A model generated the notes under the pieces. That model was not told the origin of the DNA and did no database searches. It saw only the letters and a list, made by a program, of their open reading frames with translations. A DNA stretch of 56,131 nucleotides, counting the filler, from Catajapyx aquilonaris (Eukaryota), in assembly GCA_000934665.2 (NCBI GenBank). It is 3 parts of 3 records of this genome, joined end to end, with 100 filler letters (N's around TTAATTAATTAA, not from the genome) between each part and the next. Parts side by side here need not be neighbours in the genome. Positions count along the whole stretch, not along the records: positions 1 to 18,610 come from JYFJ02006654.1; 2 more parts are not named here. One strand, written 5' to 3'. The first letter of the stretch is position 1. Each line of letters opens with the position of its first letter. A program made the translations under genes and the position numbers. Positions 1 through 11,312 of this stretch are shown here, piece by piece.

Positions 1-882
1 GTGAAAAAGAGGAGGGATACAATTCTGGAGAGACAGGGGGAGGGGTTGAGTGAGAAGGGAAAAATGTAAATGTAAATGTGTATGTAAATGTAAATGTGTG
101 AAGGAGGAGGAGGGTCGGCCAAGCGGCGTGTGCTGCAGGCCGACGGACTAAATAAAGCGCAAAACAAACAAAACAAAACATAATAATAATATATCCAGAA
201 AAGTAAATAAAAGTAAATAAATAAATAAAATAAAATATTGGAGGGGAAGGATATATTTCACAATAAGGTCCTGTAAACAAATAGAGATAATAGGCGATGG
301 AATGCGGCTTATTACAAAAGTGGAATAACTTTCATTGTATAATAAGGGAAGGACAATAAACAAATCCAGTGAATGTGCATGCAAACCTATATGTATTGCG
401 TCTGCAAATAAAAAGGTAGTACAATGAATGAGCTCATCATGAATGGGGAAGCATTTGCGACGAATAGGAAAGAGCATAGAATCCAGTCCCATTGTTGTCG
501 GAAACAACACTCATTGTGGGATGAATCCATTCACATAAAGCTGATGGGTCTCTGTCCATTGCATTGGCATAGATAGTGGATGTAGCATAACAGATTTGCG
601 TGTTGTTGAGCTGTTGCGTAATAACTGAACACCAGTCATGCTAGTTGTGCTAATCATGCTAGTGTGGTTTGGCACATTGATTCCATAGGTATCGACTAAT
701 ATCGGTACACTCGTGTGCAAATGACATGTAATGAGGGATATGCTCAAGATGCAAACAGGAGTTCATGTTGGGTCTGGCTAATATTATAATGATCAAGAGT
801 ATATGAAACAAGTTTTTATTGTAAAAGTTGTATTAAAGATTCATAACCCAAACTCCCACCCATCATATTATGTGCGTCTCTT

Positions 883-1383
883 CTAGTCATCCTCCTCCTC
901 AGAATACTCATTCTCATCTTCTCGCTCCTGATCCTCATCATTCATCTCGGGCTGGCTGATCACTTCAGGCTCATGTTCCACTGGGGTGATCTTCACCTGA
1001 GTCTTCTTCTCGTGTACTATGTTATTCTTATGACCCTTCCCCTTCTTCCCCTTGTTGTCGTGTGTGACCTGGATGACCTCTTCCACTGGTGGCTGGGCAT
1101 GGGATGAGCTGGACTCGAACTCTCCCTGCTCGTTTCGAATGTCCAGCGCGATGACGACGGGTGCTGGGTCGGCTCTCCTGGACGCGGCAGGGTCCAGTAC
1201 GTAGTCTGCCAGCATCTTTTCGTCTTCCATCAGCTGCCCTTCCAACCAGAGCTGCTGGTTCTTGGGGATCACCCTCATGTACTCCTCCACCAGCTTCTTC
1301 AGGTCGCACACCTGGGTCGTCTCACGCGCAGAAGTGAAGATCGTGTTCTTATGGCGGCGGATCATCAGGAACACCTTTTCCTC
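883..1383 (-). CDS. Divergent Elongin-B-like (ubiquitin-like) protein with Lys-rich and acidic C-terminal extension; start codon uncertain (first in-frame ATG at 1365)
   Basis: [53 protein letters not shown] resembles the Elongin B N-terminus ([33 protein letters not shown]). Acceptor tcttcag just above 1383; stop at 883-885. Confidence 0.8.
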   Translation of the reverse strand, partial: [166 protein letters not shown]

Positions 1384-2138
1384 CTGAAGAGAGACAATCA
1401 AATTGATTATTTCTATACAAACAAAATGTGCAGAGGCGACTCACCAATGGTGCCTCAGGCCCTCAGTATCAGCCATGTCAGCAAAAGTAACTATTGTAGA
1501 TAGATAAGTCGAACTTTCTGGAAGTAAAAAACCTGAGCTCGATCTCTACTTGCAATAAACAAATGGCTCAACAATGATGGTTCGGTTTAACCAAGCAACG
1601 GGAATTTTACAAATATCATGTTTTTTTTGCAGAAAATCAATTAAATTGATATCAGACTTTTTTCTCGAAAAAGTGTGAAAGTCTAATATAGCACGCCTAA
1701 AAAATACCCAATGAAACCCTATGGAATATCTGAATATTCAATTGCTCATGAATACATATTCATAAATTAGGACACCCATAACATTTGTTATAAGAAATCA
1801 CCCAATTAAAATCCCTTTATTAAAAAATGCAAGTCAATACAATAATTTGGATAGGTCATAGCAATTGCACTTCAATAATGTACATGCTACGACACTGAAT
1901 AAATGCAGGTTAATGTGGGTCTTGCTTAACACAGGTAATTAAGTCTTATTACCACATGATAATCACTACAAGTACATGTAGTGCCACAATGAACAATGCA
2001 GCTGCATTTCTTTCAAATCAGTCCCTTACCGCACGTCATTACATTAATTGATTCTTTGCATTCGCTTATTAATTGGCAGTCATTTAAAATTAAGCCTGAT
2101 GAATGAAGTAGTTTACCCAAAGAATGACAAACAACCAG

Positions 2139-3437
2139 TTACTGGATGGTCAAGTTTTTAAATAAATTCAGGGCAAACTCGTGCGTTGCAGTTTGGAGAG
2201 ATATTACACTCAAAGCTACGTCGGGACGAGAACTTTTAAACAGAGCAATGGCCAGGCTTATCTTGTCAACACCGTTGCACTTCTCAACATGAAGAGACTT
2301 GACATTCGCCAACATGCAAACTAAATGGTGAAGGCCTTCTTCAGTGATTCTTGAGCAGCTAATGAAGGTCAGCTTGGTCAGAGCAGTGCATTTCCACATG
2401 GATCTCAGGCATGTGTCGTCAAAGTTGTGCGCGTATTTCAGTGTGAATGATTCCAGTGTTGAAGTCAAGTTTGGCAAGGAAAACAGTTTCGGAGAAACCA
2501 ACCAGGTCAGGAAGGATGGCTGCGAGAGTGTCAGATGCTGAAGATTTTCAAGGGAACCAAGTCCTTCAAGGGCTTTGTTGTCTGAGAATTTTAGTGGGAA
2601 GCGCACATCCAGAGCTTCGACCTGTGTAAATTGTGCCAGGGTCTGATATGGCTGCAATGACTCAAAGTCTCCAACTGTTAGCTTCTTGATTTGAAGGCCA
2701 GCAGCTGACGACAGCAGCTGGAGTTCTTCTTCCTCGTTATGCGAAGGACCGATGTGGACCTCGGTCAGGTTTGGCCAACTGTGCTTCAGAAAACCTGGAC
2801 GGAACCACCTCAGTTTTCCTTCGTTGTATGTAAGGAACATACTGGCGAGATGAGGAGCCACACACATGAGGTCCAAGAAGTGAAGACTGCCAGTTGGAAA
2901 TGCGCACAGGCTGATTGAAATGTGCGTCAACTCCCGGCTGTACATCTGAATCATCCATTTGGCTGTTTCTTCTCTCATGATCCTGATACGCCTCAGGTGC
3001 AGCGATGTGACGCCCGGAGCCAAGGTCTGGAGGGCAGACAAGATGCGATCATCTCCTGGCTTGACGAACTCCCAATATTCCAGCTCCAGCCTCCTGACGT
3101 GGATAATCCGTTCTCCATAAATCTGGAGCTGCCTCACCAACTGCTGGGCTTTGCTGATTGTTACTTTCCCATTCCATATGTTCCTGAAATTCCTTCCGTC
3201 GAGCTTCAGCTCCCTCCACAGTTCATGGTCGTAGGACAGCATCCTCCACTGCCTGCAAACTGGTGCCGCATTCTTCACCAGCTCATCTTTCGTCAAGTAG
3301 GAGAAGACCTTCAGTGTTAGCTCATTAGGCAAATGGGGTCTGTCCTCAGCCTGTAAACGGACAAAAAGTGTAAGCCCATGTTCTGCCATATTCTAATGAT
3401 CCACGCTTACCTGTTGTCCCTGGTCGTTGTCCCCCAT
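2139..3437 (-). CDS. F-box/LRR-repeat (FBXL-like) protein; exons 3437-3411 and 3350-2139
   Basis: F-box motif LPNELTLKVFSYLTKDELVKNAAPVCRQWRMLSYDHELWR followed by LRR-like repeats (LTKLTFISCSRITEEGL, VKSLHVEKCNGV). 27-nt exon MGDNDQGQQ|gtaagc and a 60-nt phase-0 intron ending tttacag join in frame. Confidence 0.88.
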
Positions 3438-3734
3438 CTTTTCGCCTGGCTATTCCGCTTCTTCAGGATCACAAGTGCGCTGTAGGAATGAGATGAGAGG
3501 AAGTGTGATAAGCCCCGTGTGATTCCAACATGTGCTGTGAACACTGGTCATCAAGCAGTAGGAATACGGATGGCCCAGCACTGGACTGTGGTCAAACCAT
3601 CCAGTCTGGCCCACACTCTTCTTGTGCACTACATGTAGCGAATAAATACGGCATAAACGTACTATGTGAAGTCTGCTATTCCTAGTCCAGTAAACAACAG
3701 CCTGTGAGAGTACACATTTATGGTACTTTCGTCT

Positions 3735-4458
3735 GTTAATTCGGACTGTATTTTTTTTTTAAATATATTTTGCAATGTTTTATGGCCAAAAATGTTCAGG
3801 TTTTTATTTCAAACCACTGCGCAATGGGCGTACTTGACATGTTCGAACCATCTGAACATACTTACTCTCTTTGAAAGTACTGAGCATATCCTGCAGCTCA
3901 ACTCTAGTTGCCTGTACTCATCCAAATGTAATTACACGTCTAATTAAAGTAATTAAACCACGTGGTTGAACTTGGCATGTTCTGCACGCCGCCATCTTGG
4001 ATTCCGAACAAGTGATAGTCGGCCAATGGCGCCAACCGTTCCCAAAGATACCAACATAAAACGAATAACTTAACATACAAATAATTTAATAATTACTTGG
4101 CTATAATTTGCTGGATAACAATTAATTAAGGAATAATTAATAGACGCATTTCATTTTAGCACCTTTGGCAGTGGTTGGCACCATTGGCCGACTGTCACTT
4201 GTTCGAAATCCAAGATGGCGCCTGTTCTGGAGTAGAAAAATTCCAAGTTTAATTACGTTTAATTAGACGTGTAATTACACTGGGATTAGTACAGCTGACT
4301 AGAATTGAGCTTAAGTACATGCTCCGTACGCTCAAAGAGAGTAAGTAGGATCAGGTGGTATGAATATGTCGAGTACGCCCATTGCGTAGTTGTTAGCAAC
4401 CTGAACATTTTTAACCATAAAACATTTCACAATGTGTCAAACTAAAGTCCCAATTAAC
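3735..4458. repeat. Long imperfect inverted repeat (arms ~3735-4065 and ~4145-4458), MITE/foldback-like, between divergent F-box and ZF genes
   Basis: gccatcttggattccgaacaagtgatagtcggccaatggcgccaacc pairs with ggttggcaccattggccgactgtcacttgttcgaaatccaagatggc; gtaattacacgtctaattaaa pairs with tttaattagacgtgtaattac. Confidence 0.85.
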
Positions 4459-4659
4459 TCCAGCTGAATAGTTTTAAAAGGGATTAACAGATATTTAAGT
4501 GTCCAAACGTCGGAAGTTGTGGCCACTAACTGTGCTGTGCCACCCGCTAAATATTTTTAATGACGTCGCGATGTGCTTTATGCCGGGTTCTTATTTTCCC
4601 AGAGAAATGTTCCGGCGATGTAGCTTAAATGGGACAGTGATTGCGTGACCTGCAGGAAC

Positions 4660-5915
4660 ATGTCGTTGGGACTGAGGGTGAAGACGGAAGAACTGGAGGA
4701 AGGAGATGATGACAGCATAACGGTGGCGGAGACCTGGCAGCTGAAGAAGGAGGCGCCGTCTTGCTTTGAAGATGACTCTACGCTCATAGAGGACACACTC
4801 TGTGAGATCAAGAAGGAAGCAGTGGAAGAGGAGGAAGAGGAGATGGTGGTGGCCATATCCAGTGTGGTCGAAGATGAAGATGACCCATTAGCGATTGCGG
4901 TATGTAATCTGCTGAACTTGCAATACAGTTGTGCTGCAGTGACGCTCTGGCTTGTTAAGAAAGAGCAAAACTGCGGACGCAAATGTTAATATGCTGCATC
5001 AGGAGTAGTAGCAGTGTTTATGGAACAATGTATGGTGTAGCCAGTACAGTTAGTGATGTACTCTGATTCACGTTTCAGATTGTCCCAGAGACCACTGAGG
5101 ATGGAAGCGAAGAGAATGAGATCCATAAGGGAAGGAACATGGGAACAGGCTCTATGAGAAATGCGTTTGAGTGCACAATGTGCCAGAAAGTAACTGGTAC
5201 TCGGCATGAAATGGAAATTCACATGCTAATTCACACTGGAAAAAATTGTTGCCACATTTGCCAGAAACAATTTAGCACTCAAATTCGTTTGAAACTCCAC
5301 ATGAGAAGTCATGCGGGAGAGAAGCCATTCGTGTGTGAGGTGTGCCAGAAAGGATTTCTTGAAGAAAAGTATTTGAAAGTTCATATGCTAATTCATACGG
5401 GAGAGAGACCATTTCATTGTGACGTGTGCCAGAAAAGATTTCTTGCAGAAAAGTATTTGAAAGTTCACATGCTAATTCATACGGGAGAGAGACCGTTTCA
5501 ATGTGAGGTGTGCCAGAAAAAATTTGCCAAAACAAGGGATTTGAACCTTCACATGCAAATCCATACGGGAGAGAGACCATTTAATTGTGAGGAATGCCAG
5601 AAACAATTTAGTAGCGAAAGAGATTTGAAAGAACACAAGCGAATTCATACAGGAGAGAAAACGTTTCATTGCGAGTTGTGCCAGAAAAGTTATTTCCATG
5701 CATCTAGTCTGAATGTTCACATGCGAACTCATACGGGAGAGAGACCTTATCAATGTGAGGTGTGCCAGAAAACATTTCGTGAAGCAAGTAAGTTGAAAAT
5801 TCACATGCTAATTCATACGGGAGAGAAACCTTTTAATTGTGAGGTGTGCCAGAGAAAATTTCCTACTACGAGTCACATGAAACTTCACATGCGAAGAAGT
5901 CATACAAAAGAGTAA
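4660..5915 (+). CDS. C2H2 zinc-finger protein, copy 1 (acidic N-terminus, 9 fingers, ~358 aa); exons 4660-4899 and 5079-5915
   Basis: ATG 4660, donor gtatgt 4900, acceptor tttcag 5078, phase 0 in frame with the 5139 ORF; nine CxxC..HxxxH fingers with HTGERPF/HTGEKPF linkers. Confidence 0.92.
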
Positions 5916-7224
5916 CTTTTTTAATACTTGAGCTGCCCCATGAAAATGTTTTGTAATGCACCCTCTGCCTTTTAAAATACATATAAAACAGGCAAGCATG
6001 GCGCCAGTGTGATAATATCAACGTAATTCATGAAATTCGTACATGCTATGGTGACATTATATCGAAGTCATGCTCAAAATGCAAGCATAATAATTAATCT
6101 GTGCGAGATAATGTCTGGTTTTGCAAACAGAGTTTGCAATATTTAATTTCGCAATGATATTTCAAGAGTTTCACATGTAATGTTTTGTTAGTTCAGGATG
6201 TGGAAGAAATAAAGTGAAAAAATTACATGTACCCATTCGTGTACTTCGAACCACGTATTACTGGTATTAGTTACAGAGACTTTATATGTTCAAGTGCTTC
6301 ATGTACTTATAGTTGCCCCAGATCCCAGCAATGAAAGAATTCAATGAGTAATATGTTATGAAAAAATTAATTATTGCTTTTTATGTTGTGTGGAGAGAAC
6401 AAACGGAAAAAAAGGGTAACTTGGAGATAAGCATTTTTTTTTTGCAATCAGTTGCGGCCAGATATGAGCTCATAACCACATTCACAAAGTGTATCCAGTA
6501 TGTGTAATTAATATAAAAGCATTATAGAGAAAATTAATTGCATGAAATGTTAATTAGGTATGACCCGTTTGTGGGGATCGATTGATATTGATTTGACTGT
6601 ACATCAAACGTCATCGTGTGAATTTAAATTTAAAAACTTTAATATCCGCATCATATTTAATTACTAGGTTCTCAATTAGCAGGTTCAAAAATTAATAAAT
6701 AAAAAGATATTAAATGCATTTTATGTTGGCACCGTTGGCACCATTGGCACCATTGGTCGATTGTCACCTGTTTCGAATCCAAGATGGCGCCGATTAGTAT
6801 TTTTGTTCTGAAGCTGTAAATTCCAAGTTTAATTACGTTTAATTAGACGTGTAATTACACTGGGATTAGTACAGGTAACTAGAATTGAGCTTCAGTGCAT
6901 GCTCCGTACTCTCAAAGAGAGTAAGTAGGATCAGGTGGTATGAATATGTCGAGTACGCCAATTGCGCAGTGGTTAGCAACCAAAAACCTGAACATTTTTA
7001 GCCACAAAACATTTCACAGTATGTCAAACTAAAATCCCAATTAACTCCAGCTGAATTGTTTCAAAGGGATGAACAGATATTCAAGTGTCCAAACGTCAGA
7101 AGTTGTGGCTGTCCCACCCGCTAAATATTTTTAATGAGGTCGCAATGTGCTTTACTTATTTTCCCAGAGAAATGTTCCGGCGATGTAGCTTGAATGGGAC
7201 AGTGATTGCGTGACCTGCAGGAAC

Positions 7225-10200
7225 ATGTCGTTGGGACTGAGGGTGAAGACGGAAGAACTGGAGGAAGGAGATGATGACAGCATAACGGTGGAGGAGACCT
7301 GGCAGCTGCCGTTGAAGAAGGAGACGCCGTCTTGCTTTGATGATGACTCTACGCTCATAGAGGACACGCTGCGTGAGATCAAGAAGGAAGCAGCGGAAGA
7401 GGAGGAAGAGGAGATGGTGGTGGCCATGTCCAGTGTGGTCGAAGATGAAGATGACCCACTGGGAGTTGTTTCTGGAAGGGTATGTAATCTGCCGAGTACT
7501 TTTCCATTTACTGATACCCACTACAGATAGTTCATGTAACTGCCTTATATTCTGTTATTCCGTGAAGATACTGCAAAAGGAGTAAAGCCGCGTTTACATG
7601 TGAGCTATGTGATCAGCGATGTTGCAGTGATTGCTGACCGATGAGACCAATCGTTTGGGGCGAAAATATGTTGTTACTTTCGCTCGGCGATGAGCCGATG
7701 ACATCGCCGATCAAATCGCTTGCGTGTAATTTGGCTTAAACAGTGTCACCAATAGAGATTTATATGCAGGGTTGGAGAGAGCGGGGGGCAGGGGGGGCAA
7801 AATTCCCCGGCCCACGTGACCCAGTAGTATTCGTCAAAAACTATTTGCTTTGATGATCAGATAGGGCCCTACCTGTATGGTAAAATTTTTAAGTGGGTAA
7901 TATTAATAAGAGATGAATTTCCTATTCTGTACCCTCCCAGTCTCAGTTGCTGGCGCAGAATGATCCTTCAGTGCTATGGCCAGAATAAAAAGTGAGACAC
8001 GATCGTCACTGGGGCAGCAGTGACTGAATTCCTTAGGAATGTTATGCCTCAATGCCACTCTTGCCCGAAAATTGAATTTCGAGGACGAATTTGACGAATT
8101 CGCCCATAGGAAGGCCAGAAAAGTTGAGTTAACCAAGTATTGAGCGTGGGTATGTCATATGTGCATCAGTGCATACAGGATATGGGACGATCAAGTCACT
8201 GAAGTATTTCATGTCAACATATTTGCCATCCTGGACCAATTACATACCGACACTACAAAATTTTCATAAGTTACCGGGTTATCGCTGCCTATAGTTCGCT
8301 CAAGAAGTCCGGTCACAAAAGAAGTCCTGGACAGAAGAGTGTTCCCACATTTTTTATACATAGGATTTTGAGCGTTTGGTGGATGAAACAATGTGCCAGG
8401 ACAGGCTAGTTCTTGCCCATTGGTGGAGAGAAAAGTGAAAGGTGATGACCACAAAGAGAAAAGAAGAAGGGGGAGACGGGGTGGGGGGCTCGTGGCCACA
8501 CCTTTTGTGACCGGACTTCTTGAGCGAACTGTAGCCATCTGTAATTATATATTTGCGCGGACAGTAAATACAGCCTATTACTGATTATTAGAGTCCAGAT
8601 CTATTCATTTCGTAAGTGCAGGATGTGGAAAATGTAGGTTTTATAGTTTTAAAATGGCCTATTTCGTGGTTTTGGGAACTCTTTTGCCTATTCTGGCTTT
8701 TTGCGACTTTTTTCATGCCAATTTGGCCTTTTTTGAGATAGTTTTTGAAGTTTTTGAAGCAATTTTGGGACTTTTTGGGCCTGTTTCTTCATAATTATGC
8801 ATGTTTGGTTTTTTTCGGAGTATTTTTTGTGCCCATGAAAGGACCAAAATTGTTCAGAAGTAATACTATGAATCATGTTTATGTGACGCGTAACATGCCA
8901 AATATTTTTCTAAATTTTCCTCTGATTGTTCCAAACAGAGGAAAATTTAGAAAAATGTTTGGCAACATATTGTGCAAGTGGAAACTGACATCCTTAGTGT
9001 GTTGTTTGGACTTCATGCACATGCAATATGCGCCATGTTACAGGTACGCCAACATTGTATAGGCTTAATTATTGCAAAGGTAACTACCAAATCAATGATG
9101 AGTCACTCCTATGGAAAAGTATTTCATAACCCGAGCAACGCCAGGTATCCTGCTAGTTTAAGTGCCTGTTTGAGGGTTTTTTCATGCCTAAAAATCCTGA
9201 GACTACCGATTATGTTTCTCGATATAATCACAATGCCTTTTTCTCAATTTAGAACGAAAATTTGTTCCTGTCACTGTCTGTACTATTCGAGCGAAGGTGC
9301 CCCGAATCTTTGTCATCCCTGGATCGGCCCGGCTAGACCTCTCTCTTCGGCCCTGTTTATATGCGTCGAAGTATGGTTCCAGGAGAGTGTATGGGGCAAA
9401 TTGGGGTCAGAAATGGAGTTGCCCTTTGTGTTGGTGTTCAATGCTAGCAATAGGGCGAGTTAGGCGCTTATTGTGGGTTTCGATTCCGCCAACAATGCGG
9501 TCCTCATTGTGCATCGCAGTCCAACGAATGTTATTGTGACTTTGACAACCGCGAACCTTAGCTACAAATAGGCAGCCCAAGAAAAGACTGCATGGCCACG
9601 TGTGTTTTTTTTTTTAATTGCTTGGCAAAGCCACAATAATGTTCATTGGCCTGCTGTGCACCATGAAGACAGCAGGCCAACGAACATTATTGTGGCTTAG
9701 CCCATTAATTTTTTAAACCCCCATTTGGCCATGCAGTCTTTTCTTGAGCCACCTCTATCTAGCTAAAGTTCGCAAAATTTCACTTCATTTGTGCTCTTCT
9801 ATTCTGATGGGCATAATATCATTATGAGTATCAGTGAACGGTTAACAAGTTTGTATTCAGTACAGTTAATGACGTACTCTGATTCATATGTTTCAGACAG
9901 TCCAAGAGACCACTGAAGAAGGAGCAGAAAGGAAAGGGATCAAGAAGGGAGAATGCTCTAGAAGAAATACATTTGAGTGCACAATATGCCAGAAAGTAAC
10001 TGGTACTCGGCATGAAATGGAAATTCACAGACTAATCCACACTGGAAAAAATTGCTGCCACATTTGCCATAAACAATTCCGTAATCCAAGTAGTTTGAAA
10101 GTCCACATGCGAAGTCATGCGGGAGAGAGGCCATTCATTTGTGAGGTGTGCCAGAGAAGTTTTCTTGAAGAAAAGTATTTGAAAATTCACATGCTAATTC

Positions 10201-10886
10201 ATACGGGAGAGAGACCGTTTCATTGTAAGGTGTGCCAAAAAAAATTTCTTAGTTCTTGTAACTTGCAAATCCACATGCGAGGTCATACGGGAGAAAAACC
10301 TTTTCATTGCGAGCTATGCCAGACAAAATTTGGTAAAGCAAGTAGTTTGAAAGTTCACATGCAAATTCATACGGGAGCGAGACCCTTTAAGTGTGATTTG
10401 TGCCAGAAACAATTTTGTAATGAAAGTGGTTTGAATCAGCACATGCAAACTCATACCGGGGAGAGAACTTTTCAGTGCGAGGTGTGCCATAAAAAGTTTT
10501 TCCATGCATGTAGTTTGAAAAGTCACATGCGTATTCATACGGGAGAGAAACAATCAGTTTGTGAGGTGTGCCAGAAGAAATTATGCGATTCAAGTAGTTT
10601 GAAAGTTCACATGCGGAGTCATACGGGTGAGAGTCCATTTCAATGTGAATTGTGCCTGAAAAAATTGTGTAACGCAAATAGTCTGAAAAATCACATGCGA
10701 AGTCATACGGGAGAGAAACCTTTTCATTGCGAAGTGTGCCAGAAAAAATTTAACACTTCAAGTAATTTGAAAGATCACATCCGAATTCATACAGGAGAGA
10801 GACCGTTTAATTGTCAGGTGTGCCAGAAAAAATTTCACACTTCAAGTCATTTGAAAGGTCACATCCGAATTCATAAGCCCAAGTAA
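7225..10886 (+). CDS. C2H2 zinc-finger protein, copy 2 (acidic N-terminus, 11 fingers, ~414 aa); exons 7225-7479 and 9897-10886
   Basis: Exon 1 nearly identical to copy 1; donor gtatgt 7480, acceptor tttcag 9896, phase 0; eleven C2H2 fingers. Confidence 0.9.
7585..7738. mobile_element. Short degenerate MITE, possibly PIF/Harbinger-like
   Basis: aagccgcgtttacatgtgagc ... gcttgcgtgtaatttggctt imperfect terminal inverted repeats with TAA-like flanks. Confidence 0.4.
8292..8531. mobile_element. Tc1/mariner-type MITE in the ZF2 intron
   Basis: ~30-bp TIR agttcgctcaagaagtccggtcacaaaag / cttttgtgaccggacttcttgagcgaact, with TA on both flanks (8290-91, 8532-33). Confidence 0.85.
8626..8690 (+). repeat. 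Dispersed repeat end shared with 52461-52525
   Basis: tggaaaatgtaggttttatagt..taaaatggc.tatttcgtggttttgggaact.ttttg occurs at both loci. Confidence 0.75.
9551..9773. mobile_element. Foldback MITE in the ZF2 intron
   Basis: gcgaaccttagcta..caagaaaagactgcatggcca / tggccatgcagtctttttcttg..tagctaaagttcgc, with inner arms aagccacaataatgttc.ttggcctgctgt / acagcaggccaa.gaacattattgtggctt. Confidence 0.8.
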
Positions 10887-11129
10887 CTATTTATATTTAA
10901 GCTGTCCCATGAAAGTTTTTTTGTAATGCACCATGGAAGGAATAAAGAGCTAAAATTACATGAACCTTATTGCGTATTGTTCACGTACTTCAAACAACAC
11001 TACAGAAAGGTGTAGTTTAGTTTGTATTACTTTCCAACAGAGGTTAATTCGGCGCTATGTACCCACTGAAATTGTAGGCTGGCCGACTATACACTCCTTT
11101 GAAAGAAAAAAAAAATCCGTTACAAAGCG

Positions 11130-11256
11130 TCCTGATTGGCTCCCGCCTTCGAAAGACCACGCCCACTAAACTCGCTCTATTTTTCAACTTCCGGCCACGT
11201 CACTTCCGGGCCACGCCACTTCCGGGCCACACCACTTCCGGGCCACGCCACTTTCT
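11130..11256 (+). promoter_or_regulatory. Putative housekeeping-type promoter of the GLYR1-like gene: CCAAT box plus four tandem ETS/GABP-type ACTTCCGG sites
   Basis: ctgattggct at ~11132; repeat cacttccgg(g)ccac x4 with ~15-bp period, ending ~60 bp upstream of ATG 11313. Confidence 0.65.
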
Positions 11257-11312
11257 CCTTCAGGTTCGTCCTTTTGTGGCTGCGTATCATTCGTTCTTTC
11301 GTTGGAGTAATA

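Larger units (their letters stand above)
6715..10935 (+). repeat. Tandem segmental duplicate of ~4145-5960 (upstream arm plus ZF gene) with a TE-expanded intron
   Basis: 6715-7495 aligns with 4145-4915; 9858-10240 aligns with 5040-5420; the 3'UTR starts also match (taact..ttt..agctg.cccatgaaa). Confidence 0.9.

Noticed and set aside
148..747. Minus-strand ORFs of 120 and 78 aa
   Set aside because: Low-complexity A-rich sequence with no recognisable domain; probably a retroelement tail or intergenic DNA.
4578..7521. Ser-rich minus-strand ORFs and antisense ORFs over the ZF exons
   Set aside because: Antisense shadows of Glu-rich exon 1 and finger repeats.
8972..9539. 163-aa and 80-aa ORFs in the ZF2 intron
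   Set aside because: No recognisable motif; they lie among TE fragments.
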